From contig JAIPAP010000004.1 of assembly GCA_021740045.1 (NCBI GenBank), positions 251 through 64,250 on the forward strand: a DNA stretch of 64,000 nucleotides, given 5' to 3'. The notes below the pieces were generated by a model. It made no database searches and had not been told where the DNA came from. It worked only from the letters and a program-made list of their open reading frames with translations. The stretch comes from Bacteroidales bacterium (GTDB lineage Bacteria; Bacteroidota; Bacteroidia; Bacteroidales; JAIPAP01). The translations under genes and the position numbers were made by a program. Numbering within the stretch: the first letter of the stretch is position 1; each line of letters opens with the position of its first letter. This document shows positions 9,589 through 19,064 of the stretch, in pieces.

Positions 9589-9833
9589 CTTTTCCTCCTT
9601 TTGTTTAAAATCTATTAACTCTTTCAACAAGAGGAGCAAGGTGAATGTTTACTATAAATATTCGGTGATATCCAACAAGTAGCGCCTGCACTAATTTACA
9701 CGGCTCATGTACAATACCGGTCAGGCGCTATATCAGCGTGCAGAAAAAATTCTCTTTCATAAACTCGTAGATGTATAAACCCGTAGGCATTTATCCAACT
9801 TCCCGTGATAAACTAACGCAAACACCTTAGGCC

Positions 9834-10235
9834 TTACATACCAAAACTCCACGATCCATGCGGAATTCCTGAAAGGAGCAGAAAGATAACGATCAGAAAG
9901 CCTATAGCAATTATTTTATGCCCACGAAAAGAAGTCTTGTTCTTAGCTTTGGCATAGCTGATATGAATAGCTGCAAGAGCGGCCAACATCAAAAGGGGAT
10001 GCAGGTAACTGATAAAATGATCGCCCCCTAGCCAGCGCTTTTCCATTACATACAGGATCAATCCCACAAGAACATTAATATCCAAAACAATGGAGGAAAT
10101 CAGCGGGGTTACCCTGTTGCCTTTAGTCCAATCCGATTTCCTGACCCATTGAATAAGGCTTACTACCATTGTAATAAATATCAACAGCACTACTATCCAA
10201 CGCCATAAACTATGAAACATAATTAATTCACCCAT
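9834..10235 (-). CDS. Integral membrane protein (4 predicted TM helices), function unknown
   Basis: 133-aa strongly hydrophobic ORF with alternating basic loops. No family recognised. Confidence 0.6.
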   Translation of the reverse strand: MGELIMFHSLWRWIVVLLIFITMVVSLIQWVRKSDWTKGNRVTPLISSIVLDINVLVGLILYVMEKRWLGGDHFISYLHPLLMLAALAAIHISYAKAKNKTSFRGHKIIAIGFLIVIFLLLSGIPHGSWSFGM

Positions 10236-10329
10236 GTAGTTCTCCGGTTTTTGGTTATTTGGTAAAAAAAATATATCTTACAAACGATGGAACCAATAAG
10301 TTGTTCATTACAAATAAATACATACCATT

Positions 10330-10617
10330 ATGACAAAGAAAAGAAAAATACAAAAGAGGAACAAAGGAGTAGTTTTTCTTAGAAGAACGCTGATGCGCGG
10401 CATTATGATGACCGGCAGCTATTATGCCGGTAAAGGCCTTGATACGGGCTATCATTTACTAACCGGTGACGAGGCCCCAAAAGACCCGGGTAAAAAGAAG
10501 AGTAACTGGACCAAGGTAATTGTATGGGCGGCCGTTACAGGGGCCATTATTGGTGCTGCCAAGGCTGCGATAAGACCGGGAGTACGAAAATCGCTTGATC
10601 GTATGCTTCCGGAATAA
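10330..10617 (+). CDS. Small DUF4235-like protein
   Basis: 95 aa with ATG start. The pattern P..P.....W.....WAAVTGAIIGAAK recalls DUF4235. It is preferred over the overlapping antisense 66-aa ORF. Confidence 0.45.
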   Translation: MTKKRKIQKRNKGVVFLRRTLMRGIMMTGSYYAGKGLDTGYHLLTGDEAPKDPGKKKSNWTKVIVWAAVTGAIIGAAKAAIRPGVRKSLDRMLPE

Positions 10618-10620
10618 ACG

Positions 10621-11223
10621 CTAATCTTCTACTCGATTTCTCAGGTTATGCAATGTTTTATAAGGAGCATTAATGATCTTCCAGTTAACAAGCCAGGCGG
10701 GAAGCTTGCCTCCCGGATTGGAATGGAGCTGATAAATAGTGTGGGTTGAGCTACCGGTATCGACCAGTTTCCAAAATCCTTTCAGGGCCTCTACCCTGGT
10801 GTAGTCCTGTTTTTCCGGTAAATAACCTGCTTTATATTCGGAACAAAGCCACAAGGTATCGGCTTCGCGTTTAAACTGTTGTTCAAACACAACATCACGG
10901 TCATTTATAGGCCAGGGCAGGTTGTATTGCATATAAACAATTTCCTTTCCTTCTTCGATTTCCCTGAGCAAACGCGCATGAGTAATATCCGGCGTCCATT
11001 CAGGCACTTTGTTAAGATTTAACAACACCGCCATAATAGCCTTAGGCTCGGCATCAATGGTAGTGGTTGCCCTGAAGGATTTGAAATCGGAACCTATTGT
11101 TTGCCGGGTATAAACACGAATACCATCTTCCTGCTTGCGTAATTTCCACTTTGCTTTTTTTTCGGCTGTGTTGAAAGCGCAGATAAAGGAGATTATTAAA
11201 AACATATTAAAACTCAGGGCCAT
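10621..11223 (-). CDS. START/SRPBCC lipid-binding domain protein, secreted
   Basis: 200 aa with an N-terminal hydrophobic signal and START-like segments (WKLRKQEDGIRVYTR..., PEWTPDITHARLL, NDRDVV, PGGKLPAWLVN). Confidence 0.7.
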   Translation of the reverse strand: MALSFNMFLIISFICAFNTAEKKAKWKLRKQEDGIRVYTRQTIGSDFKSFRATTTIDAEPKAIMAVLLNLNKVPEWTPDITHARLLREIEEGKEIVYMQYNLPWPINDRDVVFEQQFKREADTLWLCSEYKAGYLPEKQDYTRVEALKGFWKLVDTGSSTHTIYQLHSNPGGKLPAWLVNWKIINAPYKTLHNLRNRVED

Positions 11224-11350
11224 GCTTTATACCACCTATCATTTAAGTCAATTTGTGTTAATAGCAATCAACTATAATAATGGTGAAGTGTTCAATTTAA
11301 ATTGCACAATCGTTGTATATTGCACCTGCTGATAATCAAAAAAACGAAAC

Positions 11351-12502
11351 ATGCTGCATACATCTTATATTGAACTAAGCAAGAGTGCATTGAACAATAA
11401 CATTCAATACATGAAAAGCAAGCTAAACCCACATACCCGCTATTCTATGGTGGTTAAAGCTAATGCCTATGGGCATGGCGTGGAAGACCTCATACCCATG
11501 GCTGAGCAATGCGGTGTGGATCATTTTTCCGTGTTTAGCGCTGCCGAGGCTGTTAGAGTCAACAAGGCCAAACAAGGCCATTGTGAATTGATGATCATGG
11601 GTTTTGTGGATAATGATCAACTGGAATGGGTAATTGAGGAAGATATTTCATTCTTTGTGTTCTCGATGGAACGATTAAAAGCGGTGGAGAAAACTGCACG
11701 GAAAACCTCAAATCCCGCCCGCATCCATATTGAATTGGAAACGGGTATGCATCGCACAGGGTTTACCGAAGACGAACTGGATGAAGTGATGGAAATTATG
11801 AAAGGAAACCGTGAAAACATAAAGCTCGAAGGGCTATGTACACATTTTGCCGGAGCCGAAGACTTTAGTAATTTCCACCGTATCAAGAAACAAATTGCCA
11901 ACTTCAACCGCCTTACTACGCTTTTTAAAAATAACGGGCTGGTTCCACGCTATCACCACACAGCTTGCTCGGCCGGTGTTTTGAACTTTCCCGAATCGGT
12001 TATGGACCTGGCCCGGGTGGGGATCTCCAATTACGGTTTCTGGCCCAGTGACGAAAGTAAACTTATTAATGGTGAACAGCATATTGGTGATAATGACCCC
12101 TTAAAACGGGTTTTATCGTGGAAAAGTAAGATCATGAGCGTAAACCGGGTTGCCGAGGGAGAATATGTAAGCTATGGTTCGAGCTTCATGACCAATCGTG
12201 ATAGCCTGATAGCAACAATTCCTGTGGGATACGGCTATGGATTCAGCCGCAACCTGAGCAACCTGGGGCATGTGTTGGTTAACGGGAAACGGGTAACGGT
12301 AATCGGGGCCGTGAATATGAATATGATGGTGGTGGATGTGACCGATGTACCCCATGTTAAGATTGGCGATGAAGTGGTGCTTATTGGTTCGCAGGCCAAC
12401 CGTACCATCTCGGTAAGTTCGTTCAGCGATATGAACAATAGCATGAATTACGAACTGCTAACCCGTTTGCCGCAGCATATTCCGAGGTACGCGGTGGTGT
12501 AA
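11351..12502 (+). CDS. alr: Alanine racemase
   Basis: 383 aa with the PLP-lysine motif VVKANAYGHG and a typical C-terminal beta-domain (IPVGYGYG...VNMNMMVVDVT). Confidence 0.9.
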   Translation: MLHTSYIELSKSALNNNIQYMKSKLNPHTRYSMVVKANAYGHGVEDLIPMAEQCGVDHFSVFSAAEAVRVNKAKQGHCELMIMGFVDNDQLEWVIEEDISFFVFSMERLKAVEKTARKTSNPARIHIELETGMHRTGFTEDELDEVMEIMKGNRENIKLEGLCTHFAGAEDFSNFHRIKKQIANFNRLTTLFKNNGLVPRYHHTACSAGVLNFPESVMDLARVGISNYGFWPSDESKLINGEQHIGDNDPLKRVLSWKSKIMSVNRVAEGEYVSYGSSFMTNRDSLIATIPVGYGYGFSRNLSNLGHVLVNGKRVTVIGAVNMNMMVVDVTDVPHVKIGDEVVLIGSQANRTISVSSFSDMNNSMNYELLTRLPQHIPRYAVV

Positions 12503-12599
12503 TTAAGGAGGTAGTCATAATGTGTTGACAGGAAGATTCGATTACCAGCGAACCTTAACCAATTAAAAATGATCGCCGGAATTTCAGTATCTACTTTTT

Positions 12600-13736
12600 T
12601 TACCAGGCGCTTTTAGCCGATTTAAATAAAACGCAAACCGGTGTTGGTGCATCAATTTGGTGTACATACTCCAATTGACCGGTAGATTTATCACGTTTAA
12701 ACGAAACAATATTATTGATGTAGCGATTAGCCACCAGTAAATGCTTTTCATCGGGTGATAAGGAAAAATTACGCGGACCATCACCATGGCAGGATTGAAA
12801 TCCAATCAGGCTTAATGAGCCATCATGTGCATTTACCCTAAACATTGCAATGCTATTATGCCCCCGGTTGGAAACATAAAGAAACTTACCATCCGAAGAG
12901 ATATTTATATCGGCAGCGGTATTGTGCCCAGTATAACCGGATGGTAAGCATGAAACAGAACCACCTTTAACATATTTATCCTCATTTGTTGTTTGTAGCA
13001 TTGTAACTGTGCAATCTAGCTCATTTAAAACATATATCCAATTGCCATTTGGATGAAATGCAAGGTGACGCGGCCCTGCTCCCGGCGCCATTTTTATTTT
13101 TTGCGGGTCAGAAGGAAGTAGCTTTTGCCTTACCGTATCCAAATGTGAAAACCAAAGTTCATTGGTACCCAGATCAGCGGAAATAATCCTATCGCTGCCA
13201 GGCATGAAATAAACCGAATGTGCATGTGGCCCCTCCTGTCGTTGCGTGGTTCCGCTGCCGTTATGTTGTTCCACATCCAGTAAGTCGGTCAGTTCTCCTT
13301 CTTCATCCATCCGAAGCAAACCCAGGTTGCCTCCCGTATAATTGGCTGCCAATACAAAACCTTGTTCATTAATGGTGACAAAACAAGGATGAGCACCTCC
13401 CGACGAGCTCCGGCTTATAAAACTGAGGCTATCGCCCTTAACCAAAAATGACTCGACTGCACCACTCCCCTTTTGGTTGGTTTCATTAACAGCCAAAAGA
13501 AATTTTTTATCGGGAGTCATAGCCAAAAAAGAGGGATTCTCAGATAAAGCTGATAATCCAATGCGTTTTATAGTACCATCTTCTTTCAGCAGGTATTCAT
13601 AAATACCCTGACTCTCTTTATCAGTGTATGTCCCTACATAGAATGAATACGTGTTATTCTTCTGCATAGTTGCATTTTTATTTGTCTTACAGCCCGCCAA
13701 TATAAGAACTGTTATAATTAAGAGATAAATTTTCAT
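12600..13736 (-). CDS. Lactonase family protein (7-bladed propeller, 6-phosphogluconolactonase-like), lipoprotein
   Basis: The track ORF starts at a TTG (13772). The ATG at 13736 gives MKIYLLIITVLILAGCK. The YVGTYT...GIY start and repeated propeller blades (GAHPCFV, GPHAHSV, GPRHLAFHP, GPRNFSLSPD) are typical of this family. Confidence 0.8.
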   Translation of the reverse strand: MKIYLLIITVLILAGCKTNKNATMQKNNTYSFYVGTYTDKESQGIYEYLLKEDGTIKRIGLSALSENPSFLAMTPDKKFLLAVNETNQKGSGAVESFLVKGDSLSFISRSSSGGAHPCFVTINEQGFVLAANYTGGNLGLLRMDEEGELTDLLDVEQHNGSGTTQRQEGPHAHSVYFMPGSDRIISADLGTNELWFSHLDTVRQKLLPSDPQKIKMAPGAGPRHLAFHPNGNWIYVLNELDCTVTMLQTTNEDKYVKGGSVSCLPSGYTGHNTAADINISSDGKFLYVSNRGHNSIAMFRVNAHDGSLSLIGFQSCHGDGPRNFSLSPDEKHLLVANRYINNIVSFKRDKSTGQLEYVHQIDAPTPVCVLFKSAKSAW

Positions 13737-13824
13737 AGATTCCAGATTATTGCCATAAAAACGCGATTTCAATTCACGGCCTGCCTGTTAACATCAAGGA
13801 TTAAGAAATTGAAAACTATTTAAC

Positions 13825-14316
13825 TTATATTTCTGCAAAAGCAATTATATAATTATGCCCGTATTTCTTGGCGCATTTGGGACAGGTGGTGTAATAAAAA
13901 TAATAGTCCTTTGCCTTCTTTCCCTGTTCCTCCAGCTCCTTGTTCATGGTTTTGATGTACCTGGGAATGCCGCTGTATGGTCCATCGAATACCCTGCTGA
14001 TAAAGGTTCCGCTAATTTTGGTGTTGTCCGCTCCGGGTATTTCCTTATCAACCGCCAGGTAATAATGGCCTTTCCATGCTGAGTCGTCCCGTGCTAACAG
14101 GAGAAAATCTTTTTCCTCCATATCGGTACCGGCTTCATTCGCCTGTTCCCATAGCTGAGTAATCACCTTATTCACTTTGGAAGGAAAAGGCATGTGAAAA
14201 AACAGGGGAATGGAAGCTTTAATGAATAATTTGTTTTCCCATTCATGGGTTTTGTGATTCCACACAGAAGTATCAACCGGTGGGCAGCACTCATGCTGAT
14301 TGTTGTTTGTTTCCAT
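13825..14316 (-). CDS. Conserved hypothetical protein with N-terminal CC and C-terminal CPKC cysteines
   Basis: 163-aa ORF with ATG at 14316. It carries HECCPP near the N-terminus and YYTTCPKCAKKYG near the C-terminus. No family recognised. Confidence 0.55.
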   Translation of the reverse strand: METNNNQHECCPPVDTSVWNHKTHEWENKLFIKASIPLFFHMPFPSKVNKVITQLWEQANEAGTDMEEKDFLLLARDDSAWKGHYYLAVDKEIPGADNTKISGTFISRVFDGPYSGIPRYIKTMNKELEEQGKKAKDYYFYYTTCPKCAKKYGHNYIIAFAEI

Positions 14317-14410
14317 TTTTGATTAATTTTTAGTCAGAAATTTGTTGATAAGATAAAGAAAAATTGGGGTTCAGTTCAAGTATTTGTTAAAAAATTTTTC
14401 GTCAATTATA

Positions 14411-14449
14411 AAAAAACCCCCAGCCAAAAGCTATGACCGGGGGTTTTTG
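14411..14449 (-). terminator. Putative bidirectional rho-independent terminator after the 16530-18731/14470-16527 gene pair
   Basis: AAAAAAACCCCC...GGGGGTTTTT: a 6-bp G/C stem flanked by an A-run and a T-run, 20 bp beyond the stop at 14470. Confidence 0.5.
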
Positions 14450-14469
14450 CAAAATGTAAATAAAAGCGC

Positions 14470-16527
14470 CTATCTAATAATCACTTTCTTGGTTGTTATG
14501 TTTTGATCCAATTGAATCCGCACCACATACACGCCTGTCGGTATACCCGATACATCCAGATCGAGGTTGTTTTCCTGGTTCATTTTCTGTATCAGCACTT
14601 TACCCGTATTGGTGATGATCCTGAGATGATCGATAGCTGATGTTGAGCGGATATGCAATACATCGCTTGCCGGAACCGGATAAACGCTCAGCTCGCTGCC
14701 CTGTCCGTTAGCCAGCAAAATTGCCGATTTGCTGAATTCAATCACACTATACCGGCCATCTTCGCCGGGGAATTCGGGAGTCATCCATGAATTATAAACT
14801 TGCCTGTAAGATGTTTGCAACGGCAATTCATTGCCCTTATCCTGATCCCAAACTTCAAAGCGGATGGTGTTACCTGCCGTGTAGCCCTTACCATTGTTAA
14901 GGGTACTAAACAGGGCCAGTTCGTTATCCTTCCAGTTGCTGGAAACGAGTTTCACAGAACCCACCATCTTATCACCATCAAAAGCAGCAATTTCATCGCC
15001 TATAGAAATGCCATTGCCGGAGCTGATGTAAACCGTATAAACCGGATCGGCGGCGTTACCTCCCTGGAACCGGAAATGGGTCGGATAAATATGAGCAATA
15101 CCCGACTTGAAGCCATCGAGGTTATAAACCAACTCATCGGCGGCATTCATCCTGACCAGGTAACCCTCTCCGGGCGCCATATCACCTATACCATTCACCC
15201 AGTTGGGACCTATCTTGCGCAGCATATCACCCTGGCTGTTCCGCATAAAATCCATGTTTTCCAATATATTCTCCACAGCCGCCTGGGCGTCGATGGGATA
15301 ATCGGGCAGGTAACTGATGAACTGATAACCTTCCTCCACAGGGATGGGAGCGAGCGGGTCCATAGCCGTACCCGCAATGATGAGGGCATCACTGGGATTG
15401 TTCATCCGGAAAAGGTAGCCCTCTTTGGTAATCCACTCGCCGATGCTATTGACCCAGTTGGGACCTACTTTCCGAAGCATCAAACCGGCTGTGTTTCGCA
15501 CAAAATCGAGATCGGGAAGCAGGGCCTCCACAACCTCCTGCATATCGGGTTCTTCCGGTTGTATGCGGGTAGAAACAAACTGGTAACCGAAATCCAGGGA
15601 ATATGCCTGGGTTGCACCCGTGGTGGTTACTTCCAGTTGAACCACATTGGAGGACTCGCTTTCGTTGCCATTAAAATCATATGCTGTTACCTGGTAGTAA
15701 ACGATGTCGGAGCTCAAGTCACCATCCGTAAAGGTGGTATCGGTAGTCAGAGAATAGGGTTCCTCGGGGAAAAAGCCTTCTTCATCCGATTTGTAAAGGG
15801 CATAGTACTGGAAGTCTTCCGCATCGCTGGCATCCCATTCCAGTTCCACCTGCGGATCGATAAACTCGCCTGCCAGGGCCGGAGGTGCCGGGGCCAGGTT
15901 ATCCACCGAGTATCCGCTGGCGGGATCCGAGGAATAGAGTTCATATTGGTCATGGAAAAGCACCTTAAAGGTGGAAAGTTTCATCCCGCTGGCGCAGGAG
16001 TCCATGAGTGTAGGAGCTACCACCGAGTAGGCGGTATCGGCTATGGCCGGAATTTCACCGACAAACGACCACAATTCATTCCCATTCAGCCAATAGAACA
16101 GGCTATGGCCCTGCTGCTTTATGGCCCAGGAGAGATCATCCGGATCGTTGATGATCAGGGCATCGGGGTCGCCGGGTACAGAATCAAGGCGCCAGAGGGA
16201 ATAGAAGTTATCCTGAACATAACTCAGGTCATAACCGCACTTATCCCAGTTGACAAACACCTGCTTTCCCTGGTCTGCGGGAACATCGGTGATGTTGGTA
16301 ATAAGCGGCATGCGTTGATCGAGGTGGGGTAATAAGAATCCGTAAAGTACGTCTTCTTCGCCATTGGTGGCTTCACCCTGTAGCATCTGGCCAACTGCAG
16401 TGGTTACCGTATAAGTACCACCTGATTGATGGCCGCCTGCGGTAGAAAACTGTCCCCTCTCCCAGCTATATTCCTGGCCAAATGTTATCAGTGGAATCAA
16501 CAATATTATAAATAGTAGTTTTTTCAT
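14470..16527 (-). CDS. Secreted T9SS cargo protein: N-terminal domain of unknown function, FN3-like, Y-Y-X module cassette, T9SS C-terminal sorting domain
   Basis: The track ORF starts at a GTG (16533). The ATG at 16527 gives the signal peptide MKKLLFIILLIPLITFGQ. The C-terminus SVYPVPASDVLHI...GVYVVRIQLDQNITTKKVIIR fits the Por_Secre_tail pattern. The last 377 aa are colinear with the C-termini of the 1609-aa and 1139-aa proteins. Confidence 0.85.
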   Translation of the reverse strand: MKKLLFIILLIPLITFGQEYSWERGQFSTAGGHQSGGTYTVTTAVGQMLQGEATNGEEDVLYGFLLPHLDQRMPLITNITDVPADQGKQVFVNWDKCGYDLSYVQDNFYSLWRLDSVPGDPDALIINDPDDLSWAIKQQGHSLFYWLNGNELWSFVGEIPAIADTAYSVVAPTLMDSCASGMKLSTFKVLFHDQYELYSSDPASGYSVDNLAPAPPALAGEFIDPQVELEWDASDAEDFQYYALYKSDEEGFFPEEPYSLTTDTTFTDGDLSSDIVYYQVTAYDFNGNESESSNVVQLEVTTTGATQAYSLDFGYQFVSTRIQPEEPDMQEVVEALLPDLDFVRNTAGLMLRKVGPNWVNSIGEWITKEGYLFRMNNPSDALIIAGTAMDPLAPIPVEEGYQFISYLPDYPIDAQAAVENILENMDFMRNSQGDMLRKIGPNWVNGIGDMAPGEGYLVRMNAADELVYNLDGFKSGIAHIYPTHFRFQGGNAADPVYTVYISSGNGISIGDEIAAFDGDKMVGSVKLVSSNWKDNELALFSTLNNGKGYTAGNTIRFEVWDQDKGNELPLQTSYRQVYNSWMTPEFPGEDGRYSVIEFSKSAILLANGQGSELSVYPVPASDVLHIRSTSAIDHLRIITNTGKVLIQKMNQENNLDLDVSGIPTGVYVVRIQLDQNITTKKVIIR

Positions 16528-16529
16528 GA

Positions 16530-18731
16530 TCACTGGGTTTTTTCAAGGTTTGCAATGCGTTTTTCCAAATTGCGGATCAGGTCCTCTTGCTTATCGATTT
16601 GTTGCTGCTGGCCGGTGATCACCTCCTGCTGTTCTTCAATAAGCGCTTGCTGTTCTTGCACCGATTTAACCAGCGGCATGACAAACTCGGAATAACGCAG
16701 CCCATAGGAACTGTTTTCATTTTTCGGTTTATCAACGCCATGAAAATCAAAACCAATGGAATTGGCCACCTGCTCTACTTCCTGGGCAATAAAACCGGTT
16801 TGCAGTTCAGCGCCCTTTAGTTGCTCACTTTCCGGTAAGCGCAGGCTATCAGGCGTGTTATTAAAGGCAGCAATGGCATCCATATCTAACTGATAAGTCA
16901 CGGGCCTAAGCTTCATCACAAAATCCAGCCCGGGCACATTTTCCTTTACATTGGTTTTAAAGCGCTTATCGGAAACATTGGTCCAGTTGGCATATCCGCC
17001 AATAGTAGATACTGAAGTATTACCTAAACGAATCGAATTGGAAGCGCCAGGATCAGCGTTATATCCAATTGCAGTTGAATTATTATAACCAATTGCATCT
17101 TGCATAGCTATATATCCAACCACAGTATTTCGTTCACCGGAAACATTTTCATGAAGGGCCAACCTCCCAATGGCAACATTCATATTACCTGTCATATTAG
17201 CGGACATGGCCAATCCTCCAATTGCAATATTATCAGAACCATCCGTATTACTTAGCATTGCCTGTGAACCAAGAGCTACGTTATGAGTTCCTTCAGAATT
17301 ATTAGATAATGCACCATAACCCAAAGCGGTATTATAACTACCTAATGTGTTTTCGGATAATGCACTTCTACCTATTGCTGTATTATTGTAGCCATCTATG
17401 TTATTATATAGTGCCTTATATCCAATCGCAGTACACTTATATCCAGTTGTATTGGAATACATAGCTGACCTTCCCAGGGCTGTGTTATCATAACCTGTAG
17501 TATTTTCAAAAAGAGCATTTCCACCTACAGCCGTGTTATGAGTGGCATGATAAACCTCGGTGGCGTCCTGTCCATTATGGTATAAGGCATGACTTCCTAC
17601 TGCCACCAGGAGCTCTTTATTAACATTGTAATACAGGGCTTGAGTGCCAATGGCTGTATTTCTTGATCCCCATTCATTACTATTCAACGCTTCCATGCCG
17701 AATGCTACATTATAAATACCCTCAGTATTAGAATTCAAACTATTATAACCGGCAGCAGTGTTGTAAATACCAATAGTATTGCTATTTCCAGCATTGTTTC
17801 CTATAAAAACGTTCTGATTATCACTAAGGTCATCATTTTCACCGGCGCCATCGCCTAGAAATGTAGAACCTCCTAATCCGGATTGGGAAATATGTCCGGC
17901 CACTTCAAGTTTAGCGTTGGGACTAGTAACACCGATGCCCACATCACCTTCATCAGTTATGCGCATACGAGTAACGCCATCAGTAATTAACGCAATTTCC
18001 TTGAGGGCCGGGCTGGACAAACCGGTTTCTTCAGATCCATCACCAAAGGTAAAAGTAGGACTTGCACCTGAACCAAAATTGACCATTGATCTTCCCGCTA
18101 TCTTAGCATCTCCGGAAACATGCAGTGGATACAAGGGGTTGTTTAGCCCTATTCCTACGTTTCCATCTAGCCGGTAAACATTAGCCCCATCAATGGTCCA
18201 GTCTTCGTCGGGCACGGCTTCTATTCCGGTAAGGCCTGAGCCATCACCGTAAAAGGTATTAGCGGTGACATCGCCATCCACTTCGATGTTCCCTTCGGTG
18301 GTGAATTGCACAAACATACCGGCATCCACACCGCCCAGCATTACGGCATCACCGGAAACATCAGCAGTTCCCGCCTTGAGCGAAAAGGGTACTGAATTCA
18401 ATACCTGCCGTGGTTCTACTTCAATCCCACTCAAGGTAAAGGTGATGTAGAGTTCCGAAGCATCAAAAAGGTTAGTGGGAAATGGATTCATGCTTCCCAG
18501 TTCGACAGAAAAAATGCCGTCCACGATTTCAACAGGAGCATGGTCTTCGCTCCAGAGTGGCGTACCGCCGGTTTCAACATCATAAATCCTGAACTGCAGG
18601 CTGCGGATGTCGTTAAGTGGTTGTCCGTTTTCGTCTTTCACAGCTCCCTGGAAATTTATGGTAGGAGGCACATCAGCAAAAAGCAGCAGCGCCATTACTG
18701 ACAACAGAATAGAAAAAACCATTTTTCTCAT
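16530..18731 (-). CDS. Tail-fibre-like surface protein: signal peptide, hep_Hag/YadA-head-like NTAIG repeats, peptidase S74 intramolecular chaperone domain, C-terminal coiled coil
   Basis: I prefer the ATG at 18731 (MRKMVFSILLSVMALLLFA). About 15 repeats of the type NTAIGxxALxxNTxGxxNTA are present. SDKRFKTNVKENVPGLDFVMKLRPVTYQLD...GFIAQEVEQV...YGLRYSEFVMPLVKSVQEQQ matches the S74 auto-processing chaperone domain of phage tail spikes. The stop lies 2 nt from the next gene's ATG. Confidence 0.8.
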   Translation of the reverse strand: MRKMVFSILLSVMALLLFADVPPTINFQGAVKDENGQPLNDIRSLQFRIYDVETGGTPLWSEDHAPVEIVDGIFSVELGSMNPFPTNLFDASELYITFTLSGIEVEPRQVLNSVPFSLKAGTADVSGDAVMLGGVDAGMFVQFTTEGNIEVDGDVTANTFYGDGSGLTGIEAVPDEDWTIDGANVYRLDGNVGIGLNNPLYPLHVSGDAKIAGRSMVNFGSGASPTFTFGDGSEETGLSSPALKEIALITDGVTRMRITDEGDVGIGVTSPNAKLEVAGHISQSGLGGSTFLGDGAGENDDLSDNQNVFIGNNAGNSNTIGIYNTAAGYNSLNSNTEGIYNVAFGMEALNSNEWGSRNTAIGTQALYYNVNKELLVAVGSHALYHNGQDATEVYHATHNTAVGGNALFENTTGYDNTALGRSAMYSNTTGYKCTAIGYKALYNNIDGYNNTAIGRSALSENTLGSYNTALGYGALSNNSEGTHNVALGSQAMLSNTDGSDNIAIGGLAMSANMTGNMNVAIGRLALHENVSGERNTVVGYIAMQDAIGYNNSTAIGYNADPGASNSIRLGNTSVSTIGGYANWTNVSDKRFKTNVKENVPGLDFVMKLRPVTYQLDMDAIAAFNNTPDSLRLPESEQLKGAELQTGFIAQEVEQVANSIGFDFHGVDKPKNENSSYGLRYSEFVMPLVKSVQEQQALIEEQQEVITGQQQQIDKQEDLIRNLEKRIANLEKTQ

Positions 18732-19046
18732 GATTGTAAATTTTTGGTTAATTGAATGATTTGAATTTTTGCGTTCATTTACAATTGACCAATAAACTTT
18801 TATATCAAGGCAAAAGGCATCAGCCAATTAGGAAGCAAGTTTATAACAACTCGATGCTGAAGGCATGTAAAATTACGACAAAAACATGGAGAAAAATGAC
18901 AATTGCATGTACAGGAGGGACAAAGGGTGAATTTATTCGTACCTTTATTTTATTTTATTCGTACAATTCTATGAATAAGCTATTATCAAATTGATTTTAA
19001 GCTTATAACAAAAAAAAGGCCACCCAAGGCAGCTTTTTTATAAAAA

Positions 19047-19063
19047 TTGACATTTAATGTCAA
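19047..19063 (-). terminator. Weak AT-rich hairpin plus T-run just after the stop of the 709-aa gene
   Basis: TTGACAT-tta-ATGTCAA is a perfect 7-bp stem, followed on the minus strand by TTTTTAT. The low-GC stem makes it uncertain. Confidence 0.35.
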
Positions 19064-19064
19064 T

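Noticed and set aside
9589-9639. Non-ATG (TTG/GTG) or far-upstream starts used by the ORF track for several genes (8638-9639, 12600-13772, 14470-16533, 16530-18827, 33209-34165, 44901-45530, 49118-50827, 50816-51409)
   Set aside because: In most of these cases (8638-9639, 12600-13772, 14470-16533, 16530-18827, 33209-34165, 49118-50827) an in-frame ATG slightly downstream yields a clean signal peptide or lipobox directly at the N-terminus. For the two membrane proteins (44901-45530, 50816-51409) the downstream ATG simply precedes the first hydrophobic segment. I used those starts, but the choice is not proven.
9679-9731. Inverted repeat GTAGCGCCTG...CAGGCGCTAT with a ~33-nt loop downstream of the 9834 gene
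   Set aside because: It is a single occurrence with a large loop and no T-run, so it could be chance. It is not reported as a terminator.
14800-16332. 510-aa ORF on the plus strand, the longest plus-strand ORF in the first half of the window
   Set aside because: It lies entirely inside the 687-aa T9SS gene and is codon-aligned with it on the opposite strand. That is the known artefact frame, open whenever the sense gene avoids TTA, CTA and TCA. Its translation is low-complexity (G/I/H/R-rich) with no recognisable motif, while the minus-strand product has a signal peptide, paralogs and a CTD.
16530-18731. Prophage or phage remnant signalled by the tail-fibre/S74 protein
   Set aside because: No capsid, terminase, portal, baseplate, integrase or att-like repeats flank it. 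Both neighbours are T9SS cargo genes, so a domesticated fibre is more likely.
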